From: Octopus vulgaris
Lineage: Eukaryota
Assembly: GCA_951406725.2 (NCBI GenBank)
Contig: OX597827.1
Span: forward strand, 5,022,001-5,086,000
Length of the DNA stretch: 64,000 bases
Direction of reading: 5' to 3'
Positions 49,815-63,153 of the stretch are shown here, one piece after another (the stretch's first letter is position 1; each line of letters opens with the position of its first letter). The position numbers and the translations under genes were made by a program. The notes below the pieces were generated by a model. The model was not told the DNA's origin. It saw nothing but the letters and a program-made list of their open reading frames with translations, and made no database searches.

Positions 49815-50200
49815 TCTTTTACTCTTTTACTTGTTTCAGTCATTTGACTGCGGCCATGCTGGAGCACCGCCTTTAGTCGAGCAAATCGACCCCGGGACTT
49901 ATTCTTTGTAAGCCCAGTACTTATTCTATCGGTCTCTTTTGCCGAACCGCTAAGTGACGGGGACATAAACACACCAGCATCGGTTGTCAAGCAATGCTAG
50001 GGGGACAAACACAGACACACAAACACATACACACACACCTATACGACAGGCTTCTTTCAGTTTCCGTCTACCAAATCCACTCACAAGGCATTGGTCAGCC
50101 CGGGGCTATAGCAGAAGACACTTGCCCAAGATGCCATGCAGTGGGACTGAACCCGGAACCATGTGGTTGGTTAGCAAGCTACTTACCACACAGCCACTCC
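49815..50200 (-). mobile_element. SINE family A
   Basis: Near-identical to the other copies. Confidence 0.92.
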
Positions 50201-50399
50201 ATATATATATATTTCTCAGGATTTTGACAAATACAGTTATTAATACAGTTAAATTCAATACTTTCATAGAGACCTTGAAAACATTTGGCAAAGTGTACAC
50301 GTCAACCTTGTCTATTCAATAGCACCGAGTCACAACAACAAACCAATTAAAGATACTTATGCCATGACATCTTTTCCATTCAAGAACAAAACAGAGCTA

Positions 50400-50690
50400 A
50401 AGGTCTCAAAGATTCTACAAATGTTAGGCTTCATGATATCTGTTGACCTTTCATGGAAGCCACAACTCTATCAATTGACTAAGGTTGCATCTCAAAGGTT
50501 ACACTTTCAGTAAGGCTCTGAAACGTCGGTTGCTTTTTATAAGGAACAAGTACATTCCCCACATTGAAGTAAGTCCTCATATCTGATATACGTATAACGA
50601 ACACAAACATTCTGGACTATATTAGATGTATATAGGTATGTTTTGTTCGCCAATGGGCTTACTAACTTACCACCACACCACTATCATCTT
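50400..50690 (+). mobile_element. Decayed CR1/Jockey-group LINE RT C-terminal relic
   Basis: LQMLGFMISVDLSWKPQLYQLTKVASQRL...FYKEQV resembles the LG..I..DLSW..HI...AS.RL motif. Confidence 0.45.
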
Positions 50691-51591
50691 CTTTGTAAAA
50701 ACACAAAGCAGATGTGTGTGTGTGTGTGTGTGCGTGTGTGTGTAAATTTATACATACGTTATGCATATATTTCAGCAGTAACCAGTTTATGATCATATCT
50801 GTATCCTGTATCTTTGAAAAATCTTTAAATTACTTTTGTATTCTATATCATATACCCTGATGTATTAACTCTGTTTCATTTAATACATCCTATTACATTA
50901 TATGTCTACACCAGTGCAGTCATGAAAGACAATTTGAAAAGGCAGCTCTGTATTAGAGGCATTAATCATTGCTTATAACAGTTAATGTCTTTTATGCACA
51001 GGTGCTTTCTCAATTCACTGGCACTCATTCTTTCTCTAATGTTCTGGTTGCACAAGCAAGAGATCATGCTTAACTTCCCTCTTTAAGAAGCTATAGATCC
51101 AAAACATTGTTTATTATATATAAACCCACTTCTGGTACGTGCATTGTATAGTCCATCCTTTAAAGAAAAGAGAGTCATTTTGTTGCCATCAAAATAAATT
51201 GTTCTGTAAATTTTTTCCACTTACTACGACTGTAAAACTGTTTAAACCCTTCTAAAGAAGTGAAAATTTTACTATTATTCAGAGATGTATCAGTTCAGAC
51301 ATTGAATGTTCATGCTATTAGCTGTATATATGTGGCACTTACGAGTGCTGGTTTTTGGTTAGTTTCCATGAGATCCCATTACATCTGTTATGTGTCTGCT
51401 GCTGGTTGAACTTATAAGCAATAATTGTTTAGCTGCACAGTTCCAGTAATTAATATGAACATTTATCTGATGCTACTGGACTTTGGAGATAGCAGCTGTT
51501 AACTTCAAATATATTTTACTCTTAGGTTTCAAACATCTTCTGCAGTTCTTATATTGATTCTGTTTTAAGAAATATTACGGTTAGTACCAAA

Positions 51592-51823
51592 AGGTGGAGA
51601 GCTGGTAGAAACGTTAGCATGTCGGGCGAAATGCTTAGCGGTATTTCGTCTGCCGTTACGTTGTAAGTTCAAATTGCGCCGAGGTCGACTTTACCTTTCA
51701 TCCTTTCGGGGTCAATAAATTAAGTACCAGTTACGCACTGGAGTCGATGTAATCGACTTAATACCTATGTCTGTCCTTGTTTGTCCCTTCTATGTTTAGC
51801 CCCTTGTGGGTAATAAAGAAATA
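51592..51823 (+). mobile_element. SINE family B with a 13-bp TSD
   Basis: ggttagtaccaaa at 51579-51591 and 51824-51836. Confidence 0.92.
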
Positions 51824-54025
51824 GGTTAGTACCAAATTTTCTCACTAAGTTAGTTTCATGAAAAAGAATAAAAATCTGCAGACTAAAGATAAATTCTGGG
51901 GAAACGGTTACCTAAATCTTATACTCATCACTGAATTAATTTCTTAACTCTTACCGTTTCCAATTTCTTTATATATTGTGTAAACATTTTGTCAAGATTT
52001 TATTAGTAGACCCCTCAAATACTTAACTTTTATACCTGCCAATCTCTTCAGTGCAACATTTTCTCCCATTGCAGGAATTTTTCCACAATTTGTGTAAACA
52101 TGATAGTATCACTCATTTTCAAGAACATTCACTTTAATACTGATAACTACTGACCTATTCTTATTTCAACATCTCAAAGACATTGGAGACACTGGAAAGA
52201 ACCACCAACTTCATTACATTGTTTCTCTCCTTTCCCACCAGTCAGGTTTCTGCTGAGTCAGTGACTTTCTCTCTTAGAATACACCAGTGTCTTTTCACCT
52301 TCAAAAACTTTGACTTCAGCAAAACCTTCAAAAATATCTGACTGGTATGGGAACATTCTAACAAACTTGTCTGCTTATGGGCGACATCTATCTCTAAACT
52401 CTTACATCACTGTTTTAACATCAGAACATTTTATTGTTGTTTATGCTGATGGATATCTCTCATTTACATTCTAACACGACTGGTAGTGCATATACTCAAA
52501 TGGGTTATTTTATGTCACTGGTACTTTTCTTTCTGTTCATTAAGGACATAGCTTCTATTTTCTGTCTAGCAACAAACATTACTTTATATAAATAGTATCT
52601 TTCACTCCTTCTTAACTTCTCACCTACAGAAGCATCATCTATATGCTACCTGGACACCTCATGCCAGATTTACCTTGTTTCTTTTCACAGTGACTAAAAA
52701 CACCCTTCAATGGAAATATGACAAGTAAGACCTTTAACTGTCACCATAAATTTATTCTTGCACATATCACAGAAATAAGATAATTATCATTCATATCAAA
52801 GCAACAATCTTGAACCAGATTGTTTATATACCTGAACAATAGATAACTAAAGCTTCCAATATCACTGCTAATGTTAATGTATAGAACCTGTACATTTCAC
52901 ATTCATAACAATGTCAAAACTGTAATCCAAATACTAATTTTTCTGTCATTGCCAGAAACTACACCTCAAGTGTAGGCCAACTTGAGTATTCTTATGATCC
53001 TTTGTAATTTTTAGTCCTTATATCCCATATTAAACATTTTCTCAACCATCTTCCTCAGACCTGCAACTGTCTTCAGCAAACCTCTACCATCTACACTTTT
53101 ACTGCAATTATTGGCTTCTAGAAGTTAATACTGAACATAAACCATATCGATCTCACCAACCTGGGTAGGTCTATCTCATGCCATGGGCACTACTCTTCAT
53201 CTCTGATTAATTAATAATAATAAAAATCTCCCATTAATGGCTTTCTATTTGTGAATTTCTTGAAGGTGAAAAAATATTGCAGCACTGATTGTACGTAGTG
53301 GAAAAAATAAAACTGCATTTTTTCAATTTTTCTTTTGTTATGCTCTCAATACATTCTTTTAATTATTTAGTTTATTCGCATTATTCTACTACAGTTTTCT
53401 TTTTCATAGTATATGGCTGTGTTTTTATTATTGAATGTTTTTATTATTTCATTAACTTATTTTTTTTAGCTGGGCAGTTAAAAATGCTTCTGCAAGTCAC
53501 TGGAAATGGTAATTCTTACTCAGTGCAGTTGAGGGTTGTTATTTATACTTATTTTCAGTTATGACCAATCATAAAGCTACTTGAAATAGTCAACCAAATC
53601 TCCATCATACCATTTCTTACTATCTTAAAAACAGATTCATTGCATAATGAAATCATTGATACATTATGCCTGAAGAAATAAAACCAAAAATGAAGATAGG
53701 CATGGCTAGACTGCCTTTGATCATGGGACTATTTGATCAGGACTGGCTGGTGTGGGACTGAAAAACACAATAACTATTTTCATTTTTTGACTCAGCAGTT
53801 GTTAATGTTGTTTAGTCCAAGATCAACCATGATCAAAGCATTCCAACAGTGGCCATACCACCTTTTCAGTAGCTATATGTAGGACTAGGAATACATCTTC
53901 AAAAGTATTTTTCCTGATTTAAGATTGCTATGGTTTTATTGAAGAAATATTTTGTTGTAATATGTACTTGCATACACATGAATAGTATGAGCCAGTTCAT
54001 GTGTGTACGTTTCAAAGTGGAGAGA

Positions 54026-54458
54026 TGTGGCTGTGTGGTAAGAAGCTTGCTTCCCAACCACATGATTCCAGGTTCAATCTCACTGCATGGCACTTTAGGC
54101 AAGTGTCTTCTATTATGGCCTTGGACTGACTAAAGCCCTGTGAATGAATTTGGTAGATGGAAATTGAAAGAAACCTGCTATCTGTCTGTCTGTCTCTATA
54201 TATATGTATATATGTATATATGTATATATCTATGTGTGTGTGTGTGTCTGTGTCTGTATTTGTCTGCCTACAGCACTTGACAACTGGTGCTGGTGTGTTT
54301 ATGTCCCTGTAACTTAGTGGCTCAGCAAAAGATACTGATAGAATAAGTACCAGGCTAAAAAAAGTAAGTCCTGTGTCAATTCATTTGATGAAAAATTCTT
54401 CAAGGTAGTGCCCCAGCATGGCATTAGTCTCATGACTGAAACCAGTAAAATATAAAAG
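54026..54458 (+). mobile_element. SINE family A, diverged
   Basis: gtggctgtgtggtaagaagcttgc...ggcaagtgtcttc...gactgaaaccagtaaaa. Confidence 0.85.
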
Positions 54459-54689
54459 ACACACACACACACACACGCACACATAGACTTCTGAACTGGT
54501 AATACAATATGTCCCAATTATAAGATATTCAATGATAAACTATAGGGTCTTCAGGTGACCAAATTACATATACTTATTTCGTTATTATTGAGAGAGAGAG
54601 GAAGACAAGCAAGGAATTGCAGAAAATTATGGGAATTGGGCCAGTTATGGCTGTTGTGAAGAACACTGAGATGGTTGGGTTATGTGTCT

Positions 54690-55230
54690 TGGAACTCTTT
54701 GAGTTTAAATCTGTAATTAATAACATGTATTCCAGTATGAAATTTACACTAGAATATAGTCAAAAACAGCTCCCCATTTTTGACATCGTAATTACTAAAA
54801 GAGATATGAACATTGAAAGTGACATCTACTTCAAATCAACAAACTCAAAACAATGTATGTTATTTTCTTCCTGCCAACCAGAAATATACAAAAACAAATT
54901 TATTTTTTTAACCTGGCAAGAATAATCTGCATAATCCAGAAACCCGTGCAAATGACTTAACTCCAATAGTCCAAAAGTGTAACCGACCTAATTGCAGAAT
55001 CTGCATCAATGCCATTGAGAGTTCGATATATCATTTACCATAGAAAATCATATCACTTGTTCATCAAAAATTCTGTTATCAAATGCAATGGTTATCATGA
55101 AGATTACATAGAATAAATGGAATTAACTTCGAAGTGCAAAATGATGGCCCACTATCAATAGATAAGACCCCAATACCAGAAAAATACCTGTGTGTAAACA
55201 TTGGGTTCCTTGTCCAATCAAACAAACATT
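54690..55230 (+). mobile_element. Penelope-like element relic (RT C-terminus plus GIY-YIG endonuclease region)
   Basis: MKFTLEYSQKQLPIFDIVI...IESDIYFKSTNSKQCMLFSSCQP matches the PLE RT pattern (KFT.E....LPFLD...T.IY.KPT....L...S.HP). It is followed by KCNRPNCRIC and a frameshifted C..C..DYI segment. Confidence 0.75.
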
Positions 55231-55289
55231 TCAAAAGACCATCATTTACATTGGAGTATTGGGAACACCTCTGTCTGATTCAGGTTAAA

Positions 55290-55950
55290 TAAAGGGTTTA
55301 TTAAGAAGATCAAGAAACTTCCTGAGAAAAAGGAAAAGTGGAACGGCTATTGGGAGGTAACTGCAGATTTACCTGGGTGCCAGGCTTTCTTTCCCATCCC
55401 AGTTACGAAAAAAACCAGATATTTTGATGTGGTGTGAAAGAAAGAAAGTTGTAAATATAGTCGAGCTAATGGTTCCTCATGAAGATAATATGGACGCCGC
55501 TCGGGCTCAAAAATTGAACCGGTATGAAAACCTCCTCGAGGAATGTGAATATGCAGGCTGGAAAGCAGAACATTTTCCAATCAAAGTCAGATGTAGAGGG
55601 TTCGTTGGACACAGTGTGAGACGACTGTTGTTATCGCTAGGCCTAACTCATCGTAAAGTCAATACCACCATGACCGATATCCAATCTACATTGGAGAAGG
55701 CTAGCCACTGGATTTGGTTAAAAAGAGATGATGAGCGATGGCTAGAAGAATATTGAGCTTTATTTGATAACCAGCTGATCTAGCAAGTGGGGCCTCATAT
55801 CAGTGAGGGGGGGCCGGTGCACATTGATGCTGTTGAGAGGTAGGCCCCGAAATGGCGCACATTCTCTCCTGATGACCCCATACACTTGCTAGCTTCCGGT
55901 ATACGGAGCTTTTAACTGGTAGCACTTGCATGTGCAAGTTGTTTGCAAGA
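55290..55950 (+). mobile_element. R2-group (Hero-like) LINE 3' fragment: restriction-like endonuclease plus structured 3' UTR
   Basis: PDILMWC..KKVVNIVELMVPHEDNMDAARAQKLNRY..L...GWKAEHFPIKVRCRGF...SHWIWLKR is the RLE domain pattern of Hero-type elements. Stop at 55756, then a long hairpin. Confidence 0.8.
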
Positions 55951-56285
55951 CATCACATATAAACCAAAATGAAATACCTTATAGCAACACTATATAATGA
56001 GAAAACATATTATATTTGACTAATATAAACAATGAGAAGCAACAAAAGTGAGAAAATTAATCATAAGTTGAGGTAACAGGCCTTATCCTTGATATGAAAC
56101 TCTATCTTCAAACACTATATAATTACATTTCTTTGACACTCCTTGCTCCTAGGATTGGCCAATTTGATTATGTTTTTTTGCTAAAACTGAACTCTTAGGA
56201 AAGACAGAAATAAAAATCAAGTGATTCTATGATACTATTAAGCGTTCAGTTGACTAGGACATCAGAAATATATGTGACATATTAA

Positions 56286-56510
56286 CCCTTTCGTTACCAA
56301 CGCGGCCAAAACTGGCTCTGGCTCTGTAGTACAAATGTCTTGTTTTCATAAGTTTTGCATTAAAATATACCACATATACCACCAAAACTTAATCACAATT
56401 TATGTTCCTAACACCAGCTTAATGATAACTAAATTATTTTACTAAATTCTTTGTTATATTTAAAATAATTGAAAGAAACACATCTCAAAATAAATACAGT
56501 AACGAAAGGG
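56286..56510. mobile_element. piggyBac-type MITE
   Basis: TTAA on both sides and 12-bp TIRs ccctttcgttac / gtaacgaaaggg. Confidence 0.8.
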
Positions 56511-57221
56511 TTAAGGGAGTGATCCAAATGGAATTCTAAACTTCTGTCAGACAAAATAAAATGATGTCCATAGACATCATGCACACCTCTTGGTAAATCT
56601 GTTCCACTATGGGTTATTTATACATAGCTCACCATATTTTTGAGTAAATTATTTTAGTGCTCCTGTTACTTTCAAGCATCAAAATCTTTCTTTTAGCTTT
56701 GCTAATTTGATCTAGAGAAAATAACAATAATAGTTTTGGAACCAGCTTGGCTGGAAGATAAATAAATTCAAGTGAGTTGCTCAAATATACATCACAATAT
56801 CTGTAGTTCAAGGAAAATTCTTGGCCTTTGAATCAATAGTCAATCACTATCCATGTAATGCTTACTCTTTGCTGTATATAAAAATGTCCATCTTCCCACC
56901 TAAGTTGTGCAATAAAATATTTCTGCATTCTTTCATAAACTAAAACCTTGCATCAATTTGGTTCTGTCTTCTTACCAATATAGTTACAATGTATCTTTGA
57001 CATGTTGAATCTTCAGAAATCTTTGCTTGTCATAAATATAGACCTCCATCTTTTGATGCACGAAATATTACTCACACGGAAAAGCAAGCATAATGGATAG
57101 CTGTGTGTGTGTGTGTGCACCTGTGTGTGCCTGTGTGTGTGCACACGTATGTGTGTATTTATAGATAAACCTATGCATACACATATACATGATATATACA
57201 TGCATACATATAAATATATAT

Positions 57222-57407
57222 ATCATCATCATCATCATCATCATCATTTAACGTCCGCTTTCCATGCTAGCATGGGTTGGATGATTTGACTGAGGTCTGG
57301 CGAACCAGATGGCTGCACCAGGCTCCAATTTGATCTGGCAGAGTTTCTACAGCTGGATGCCCTTCCTAATGCCAACCACTCCGAGAGTGTAGTGGGTGCT
57401 TTTACGT
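57222..57407 (-). mobile_element. RTE 3'-end fragment with (CAT)n tail
   Basis: Closely matches 45473-45660 and the reverse complement of 36700-36889. Confidence 0.8.
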
Positions 57408-58026
57408 ATATATATATATGTATGCAAAGATATATGTTTAACATATGTAAACATAGAAGTACCAACATAATATTAAGATGATGATAATAATGTTTGTGTG
57501 TGTTTATGTGTTTGTATATGTGATCATCATTATCATCATCAGCCCATGTCTGCTTTCATGCAGGAAAGGGTTAAGCAGTTAAGCAGAACCAAATGGAGCA
57601 AAGGACCATGTCTTCCTCTAAAATCTATAGTATAATTTCTACAGCAGGATAGCTTCCCTAAAGCAATTAGGTTACAGAGGGTACTGGTTACTTTTTTCTT
57701 GGAAACCGCATGAGTGAGGTTGCTGTATAAATTGCAAGTATAAAATGCTTATTCAACTAACTGGGCACTGAGTAGAGAAGGAACTGGCTTAATGCTAAGT
57801 GTTAAGATATTAAAGTATGATACAGATTTGTTGCTGTAGAGGAAATACATAGCTATTCCGTATTATAAAAGGTTGGCTGAGAGTAATTGGTGAGGAGATT
57901 GAAACAGAGATAAAGATGGTGTTGATGAGATGTCGAAGCATACCTTCAACATAGAAGAAAGTGGAAAGAAGAAATTGTGGGACAAAGACTTAAGTAGGGC
58001 AGGTAAGTAAAGATAGCAAGTCAGTG

Positions 58027-58079
<53 letters not shown>

Positions 58080-58329
58080 AGAGATAGGGGTAAAGGTAAA
58101 GGAAGTAAGCAACAATCAAGAGTGGAGGAGTGGCAAACAAGGGTGAGAGAGAGGCAAACAGGGGCTGCTCTTCTGTTCATGTTGAACCATACAACCCAAA
58201 CTTGCAAGGAGAAAGAGACATTAAATGACTGTGGTGATGACAATGATGTAGTAGCAGCAGTAGTAGTAGTAGCAGCATCAGTGGCAGCAGCAGCAATTGT
58301 AGTAGTAGTAGTAGTAGTAGTAGTAGATA

Positions 58330-58716
58330 AAGTAAGCAGAACTGCTGATTCGTCTCTGAACCAGACAGCAGCAGGTAACACTCAGCAGACTCAGAAGGGG
58401 TCATCACCCGGACCTCAAGTAGTGGCTCTACAAGATCGACCGAGCCATAGACAGAACCTGCAGAAAGTGCAGAGTGGGAGAGGAGACGGTGGAGCATGTC
58501 ATCTACGACTGTCCACGGATCCATCGCCTGCTGCAAATGCCAACCCTATCTCCTCCAGACGCTCTGGCCAGTGACCCTCTCCTTGTCCTTCAGATCTGGG
58601 AAAAGTGGACTTCCGCTCCCGACCTGCCAGACGTCTCCCAACCCACAGAACAGACGCAGTGAAATCACCCTCACCCGTCCTGTTGCAGTATTATTATTAT
58701 AATTATTATTATTATA
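58330..58716 (+). mobile_element. I-group-like LINE 3' end (CCHC knuckle) with (TAT)n tail
   Basis: LSRLRRGHHPDLK...TCRKCRVGEETVEHVIYDCP, a stop at 58662, then a short UTR and tattattatt. Confidence 0.7.
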
Positions 58717-58860
58717 CAAATTCCGCCGAGGTCGACTTTGTCTTTCATCCTTTCGGGGTCGATAAATTAAGTACCAGTTTCTCACTGGGGTCAATGTAAT
58801 CAACTTAATCCGTTTGTTTGTCCCCTCTATGTTTAGCCCCTTGTGGGCAGGAAAGAAATA
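58717..58860 (+). mobile_element. SINE family B, 3' half
   Basis: caaattccgccgaggtcgactttg...ccccttgtggg. Degenerate relatives lie at ~6875-7055, 22690-22900 and 32140-32345 (-). Confidence 0.85.
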
Positions 58861-59451
58861 TATTATTATTATTATTATTATGATTATTATTATTATTATT
58901 ATTATTAGTAGTAGTAGTAGTAGTAGTAGTAGCAGTAGTAGTAGTAGTAGTAGTAGTTCTTGAAAAAAGGGTGGCTATGACAATATTCAATGCAGTGTTG
59001 CTCAATATGAGACCTATATCTACCTACGTTTATTTTCAGTCGAGGGTGTGTTGTTGCTAAATTTGAATATTGTTTTACCTTGCATACATAGCAAGAAGCT
59101 GTCTACAATATTAATTGAACTTTTATGCATTCGCATTCACCAACACAAATCCATGCACATTGGTAAAAGTGCTCATACTCATACAGACATACAACCCCCC
59201 CCCCCCCCCACCTTCTCCATTCTTCTCATTGACATGTACATTCATGTACATATACAGTTTATTTTAATATAATTGAAATATTTCTCCTTTGGAATAATCA
59301 CACTTGTATAGAATATCATATTTTTGGAGATATTTAATACATATTTATTTCTGCTACAATTTTTCTTTTTTTTTGTTAACTTTGTTGTTATTGCATTGTC
59401 TGTCTGTTTATGTAAAGTTTTGCAATTAGTCACAAATTTTAATTGGAGTTC

Positions 59452-59514
<63 letters not shown>

Positions 59515-59883
59515 GATATACTCACTATTTCTTGTTCTCTTTCTCACTCATTAGTGAAGCATTTAACATCATTTGCAAGCTTGCATTTTTGCATTGTATA
59601 ATATTCAAATATGTGGCAATAGACACATTGGACAGTTTCAAAAGAACACAACTAATATCAGATTTATTCTAAATTGCTGCAGTAACTTTATAAATAACTA
59701 TTACTTACAGCTGATAAAAAAAAATAAAAAATACCAAGAATTGGTAGGTGTGAACACCTTTATAATACTATTGCAATCAAAATATTTTTAAAACTGTTCA
59801 TAAAAGCCAGACACCTGAAATAAAAAATATGAAGTAATGAATGGTAAACATCGAAAACATATTCACTTGAAATATGTGTGGTG

Positions 59884-59948
59884 TACATGTTTACATGTGT
59901 ATAAGTGAGCATATACATGTTTACATGTGTATAAGTGAGCATATACAT
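59884..59948. repeat. 30-bp perfect tandem duplication
   Basis: tacatgtttacatgtgtataagtgagcata twice, plus a partial copy. Confidence 0.9.
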
Positions 59949-59951
59949 ATA

Positions 59952-60332
59952 AGAGCACTCCGTCGGTTACGACGATGAAGGTCCCAGCTGATACGATCAA
60001 CGGAACAGCTTGCTCATGGAATTAACGTGCAAGTGGCTGAGCATTCCACAGACACGTGTACCCTTAACGTAGTTCTTGAGGAGATTCAGCGTGACACAGA
60101 GTGTGACAAGGCTGGCCCCTTTGAAATACAGGTACTACAGAAACAGGAAGTAAGAGTGAGAGAAAGTTGTGGTGAAAGAGTACAGCAGGGATCACCACCA
60201 TCCCCTGCAGGAGCCTTGTGAAGCTTTAGGTGTTTTCGCTCAATAAACACTCACAATGCCCGGTCTGGGAATCGAAACCGCGATCCTACGACCGCGAGTC
60301 CGCTGCCCTAACCACTGGGCCATTGCGCCTTC
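59952..60332 (-). mobile_element. tRNA-derived SINE, family D
   Basis: Head ggcgcaatggcccagtggttagggcagcggactcgcggtcgtaggatcgcggtttcgattccc. Candidate TSD gcatatacata (59939-59949 and 60337-60347). Confidence 0.9.
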
Positions 60333-60801
60333 ACTTGCATATACATACATTCCACACACACATACAATGTGCTTGGAAGGCTACCCAGAAGTAGTTGATA
60401 GCTTTTGATTACTAAATGACCTAATTAGCAGTAGAAGTCAGCTTCCTGACAACAATAGAATCAAAAGATTGTGAAACTTTATGGAACTATTATTTATAGG
60501 CGCAGGAGTGGCTGTGTGGTAAGTAGCTTGGTAACCAGATACAGGGGAGGAAAGGATCTTTTGTCTTGCTAAGGACAAACCAATGCAGAGTAGGGAGGAC
60601 TCGTCATCTTGATAAAGACAGAGAAAGCTCTCTAGTGTCACTTGGTATTAGGAAGAGCTTCCTGATGTAGAAACCATATCAGAAAAGGAGGTGTGTTTCT
60701 TGACATGTCTAGAAGGGCAGTAATTCCAAATAAGAAATTAGTCACACTGGGATCACCCATCCAAGCCATGGATGGAAAGATGCTGTTGCTGCTGATGATT
60801 A

Positions 60802-60835
<34 letters not shown>

Positions 60836-60850
60836 CATTATTATTAATAC

Positions 60851-60896
<46 letters not shown>

Positions 60897-61422
60897 GAGT
60901 GAGTAGAGCAGTGCATGCCATCAAAGTGACACTGGGGTAAAATATACCAAGCCCAGTATACCCATCATGACTACCCTTTCTGATAAGGGTACACTAGGCA
61001 CATGCATCAGAACAATATGTGCGCGACATGGTGATCTCATATCAAGATAAACAGCACATGGTCTTGCAGGTGGGGCCCAGTTAGATTTTCTTCTGGTTGA
61101 GTAGCTCATCCTATTCAAAAGGTCCCCAAATAAGGTTTGTTTAAGGATGCTGAACGAAACACCCATGTTTCCAGAGGTGAGTTATTCATACCCCAAAGAA
61201 TTTCTCTCAACACATAGCTATGATGCCTCCCCACTACGACTGCTCATGATCAGAGATGCACATATCATCAACCACCAAGGGACATGCTCAGCTGACAAGT
61301 AAATCTGTGGTATTGAGCAGAATATTTGCCGTAGCCGATCTTTTATACCAAGACAAAACAAGTTCATGATAGCACTTCCAATCAGTTAATATCAGAAGCC
61401 ATGATAGCCAGTGCCTGGTGGT
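60897..61422 (-). mobile_element. Second copy of the (TAA)n-embedded element
   Basis: Reverse complement aligns along 13424-13951. Confidence 0.85.
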
Positions 61423-62300
61423 ATTATAATTATTGTTGTTGTTGTTACCATTATTATTATTATTATTATTATTATTGTTATTATTATTATTATTATTTTT
61501 ATTATTATTATTATTATTATTGTTAGTAGTAGTAGTAGTAGTAGTAGTAGTATTTCTTTTAGAGAAAGCATCCCATCATTTAGGAAAGTCAGCATTAAAT
61601 AGCTTAAAATTGGTGCAAATTTATTTTCAATTAAGTTTATTCATATGTGTGCTTATACAGAATGATTTATTATGTGCTTTTAGCAACATTATACATTGTC
61701 ATTAGACTTTTTTTTTTCTTACTATAATATAGTTAGTTTAGTGCTATGAAAATCTACAACCATAAAATAATCATAATTTTAATTTGTGGTTATATTGCTG
61801 TTCAGGAAACAGCTTCTAAATAATTATTTAATGATTGTTTGGAAGAAAAAAGAATTTTACAATAATGTTACGCAAAAATAGGCCTCGAAACACAGTTATA
61901 CAATTAGTGAGAAACAATAGGAGTAAGTTTTCGAAGATAGAATAAGAGTCAGGCAGTGTGAAGTTCAGACTTGCTGTATTCATTAATTATGAATTCCAAT
62001 CAGATCCGCTTCAGCTGAACTTTGCAAAGTAATTGTTTGAATGAAGTATTTTGTAAGCATCATTTATTGTGGCCGTCCGCTTTCTTTTAAGGACATATTG
62101 TCTTTGATCTCGAAACTGTTATACATCTGATCTGTCTTTTGAAAAATCATAAAGAATTTATTATCGAAGGTTTAGTAACAAAGACTCTTGAACCTTACTG
62201 TGCTCCACTTTCCATGTCACTGCCAGGGTTCCTCTAAGCCAATACTAGTTTATATAACCGTCTTATAAAATATCAATGAATTCATTTGTATCAAATTCTT

Positions 62301-62700
62301 GAGTGGCTGTGTGGTAAGTAGCTTGTTTACCAACCACATGGTTCCGGGTTCAGTTCCACTGCGTGGCACCTTGGGCAAGTGTCTTCTACTATAGCCTTGG
62401 GCCGACCAAAGCTTTGTGAGTGGATTTGGTAGATGGAAACTGAAAGAAGCCCGTCGTATATATGTATATATATATATATGTATGTGTATGTGTGTGTGTC
62501 TGTGTTTGTCCCCCTAGTATTGCTTGACAACCGATGCTGGTGTGTTTATGTCCCCGTCACTTAGCGGTTTGGCAAAAGAGACCGATAGAATAAGTACTGG
62601 GCTTACAAAGAATAAGTCCTGGGGTCGAGTTGCTCGATTAAAGGCGGTGCTCCAGCATGGCCGCAGTCAAATGACTGAAACAAGTAAAAGCGTAAAGAGA
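62301..62700 (+). mobile_element. SINE family A
   Basis: Near-identical to the other copies. Confidence 0.92.
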
Positions 62701-63153
62701 GTAACTAAAGATGCCCACGATGATGTTAAACCTCAAGTCAGACAAATCATGTATATTATAATCTAAGATATTCTGATCTTGATATCACATCATTTGTATG
62801 TCTACAATCAGGAATTACTCACAGATTCATCTTCAGGTAGGTGCTAAGGGTACTACCGAACCAAGATCCAGGAGAACCATGGATGCATGAATAGTATAAC
62901 TTAGTTATATTGTAATGAGGGTTAATTATAATATCTTGGAGCATAAGTACCTAAATATGGCATTAACTTCACTGCGCAACGTATCCTCCTTTATTGAAAG
63001 TTGTGGAATATAATTTGAGTGAAGGAACATGGCTTAGTGGTCAGGGTATTGCACTCATGATTGCAAGACATGGTTTCGATTCCTGGAATAGGCAGTGCCT
63101 TGTATTCTTGAGCAAAACACTTCATTTCACATTCCTCCAGTTCACTCAGCTGT

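Noticed and set aside
52000-53190. Possible old LINE on the minus strand (also 19170-19640 and 7080-7480)
   Set aside because: Composition suggests decayed coding sequence, but I could not read diagnostic motifs.
55845-55880. Hammerhead ribozyme in the Hero-like UTR (GAAA...CTGATGA)
   Set aside because: There is no stem I hairpin or stem II pairing in a valid order, and CTGATGA is better explained as part of a long hairpin.
57863-58574. 166-172-aa ORFs
   Set aside because: They consist of (GA)n and (GTA/GCA)n microsatellites plus an out-of-frame LINE end.
60260-60332. tRNA gene (also 63154-63210 and the heads of SINE families A and B)
   Set aside because: A and B boxes are present but continue into multi-copy SINE bodies, with no proper acceptor stem.
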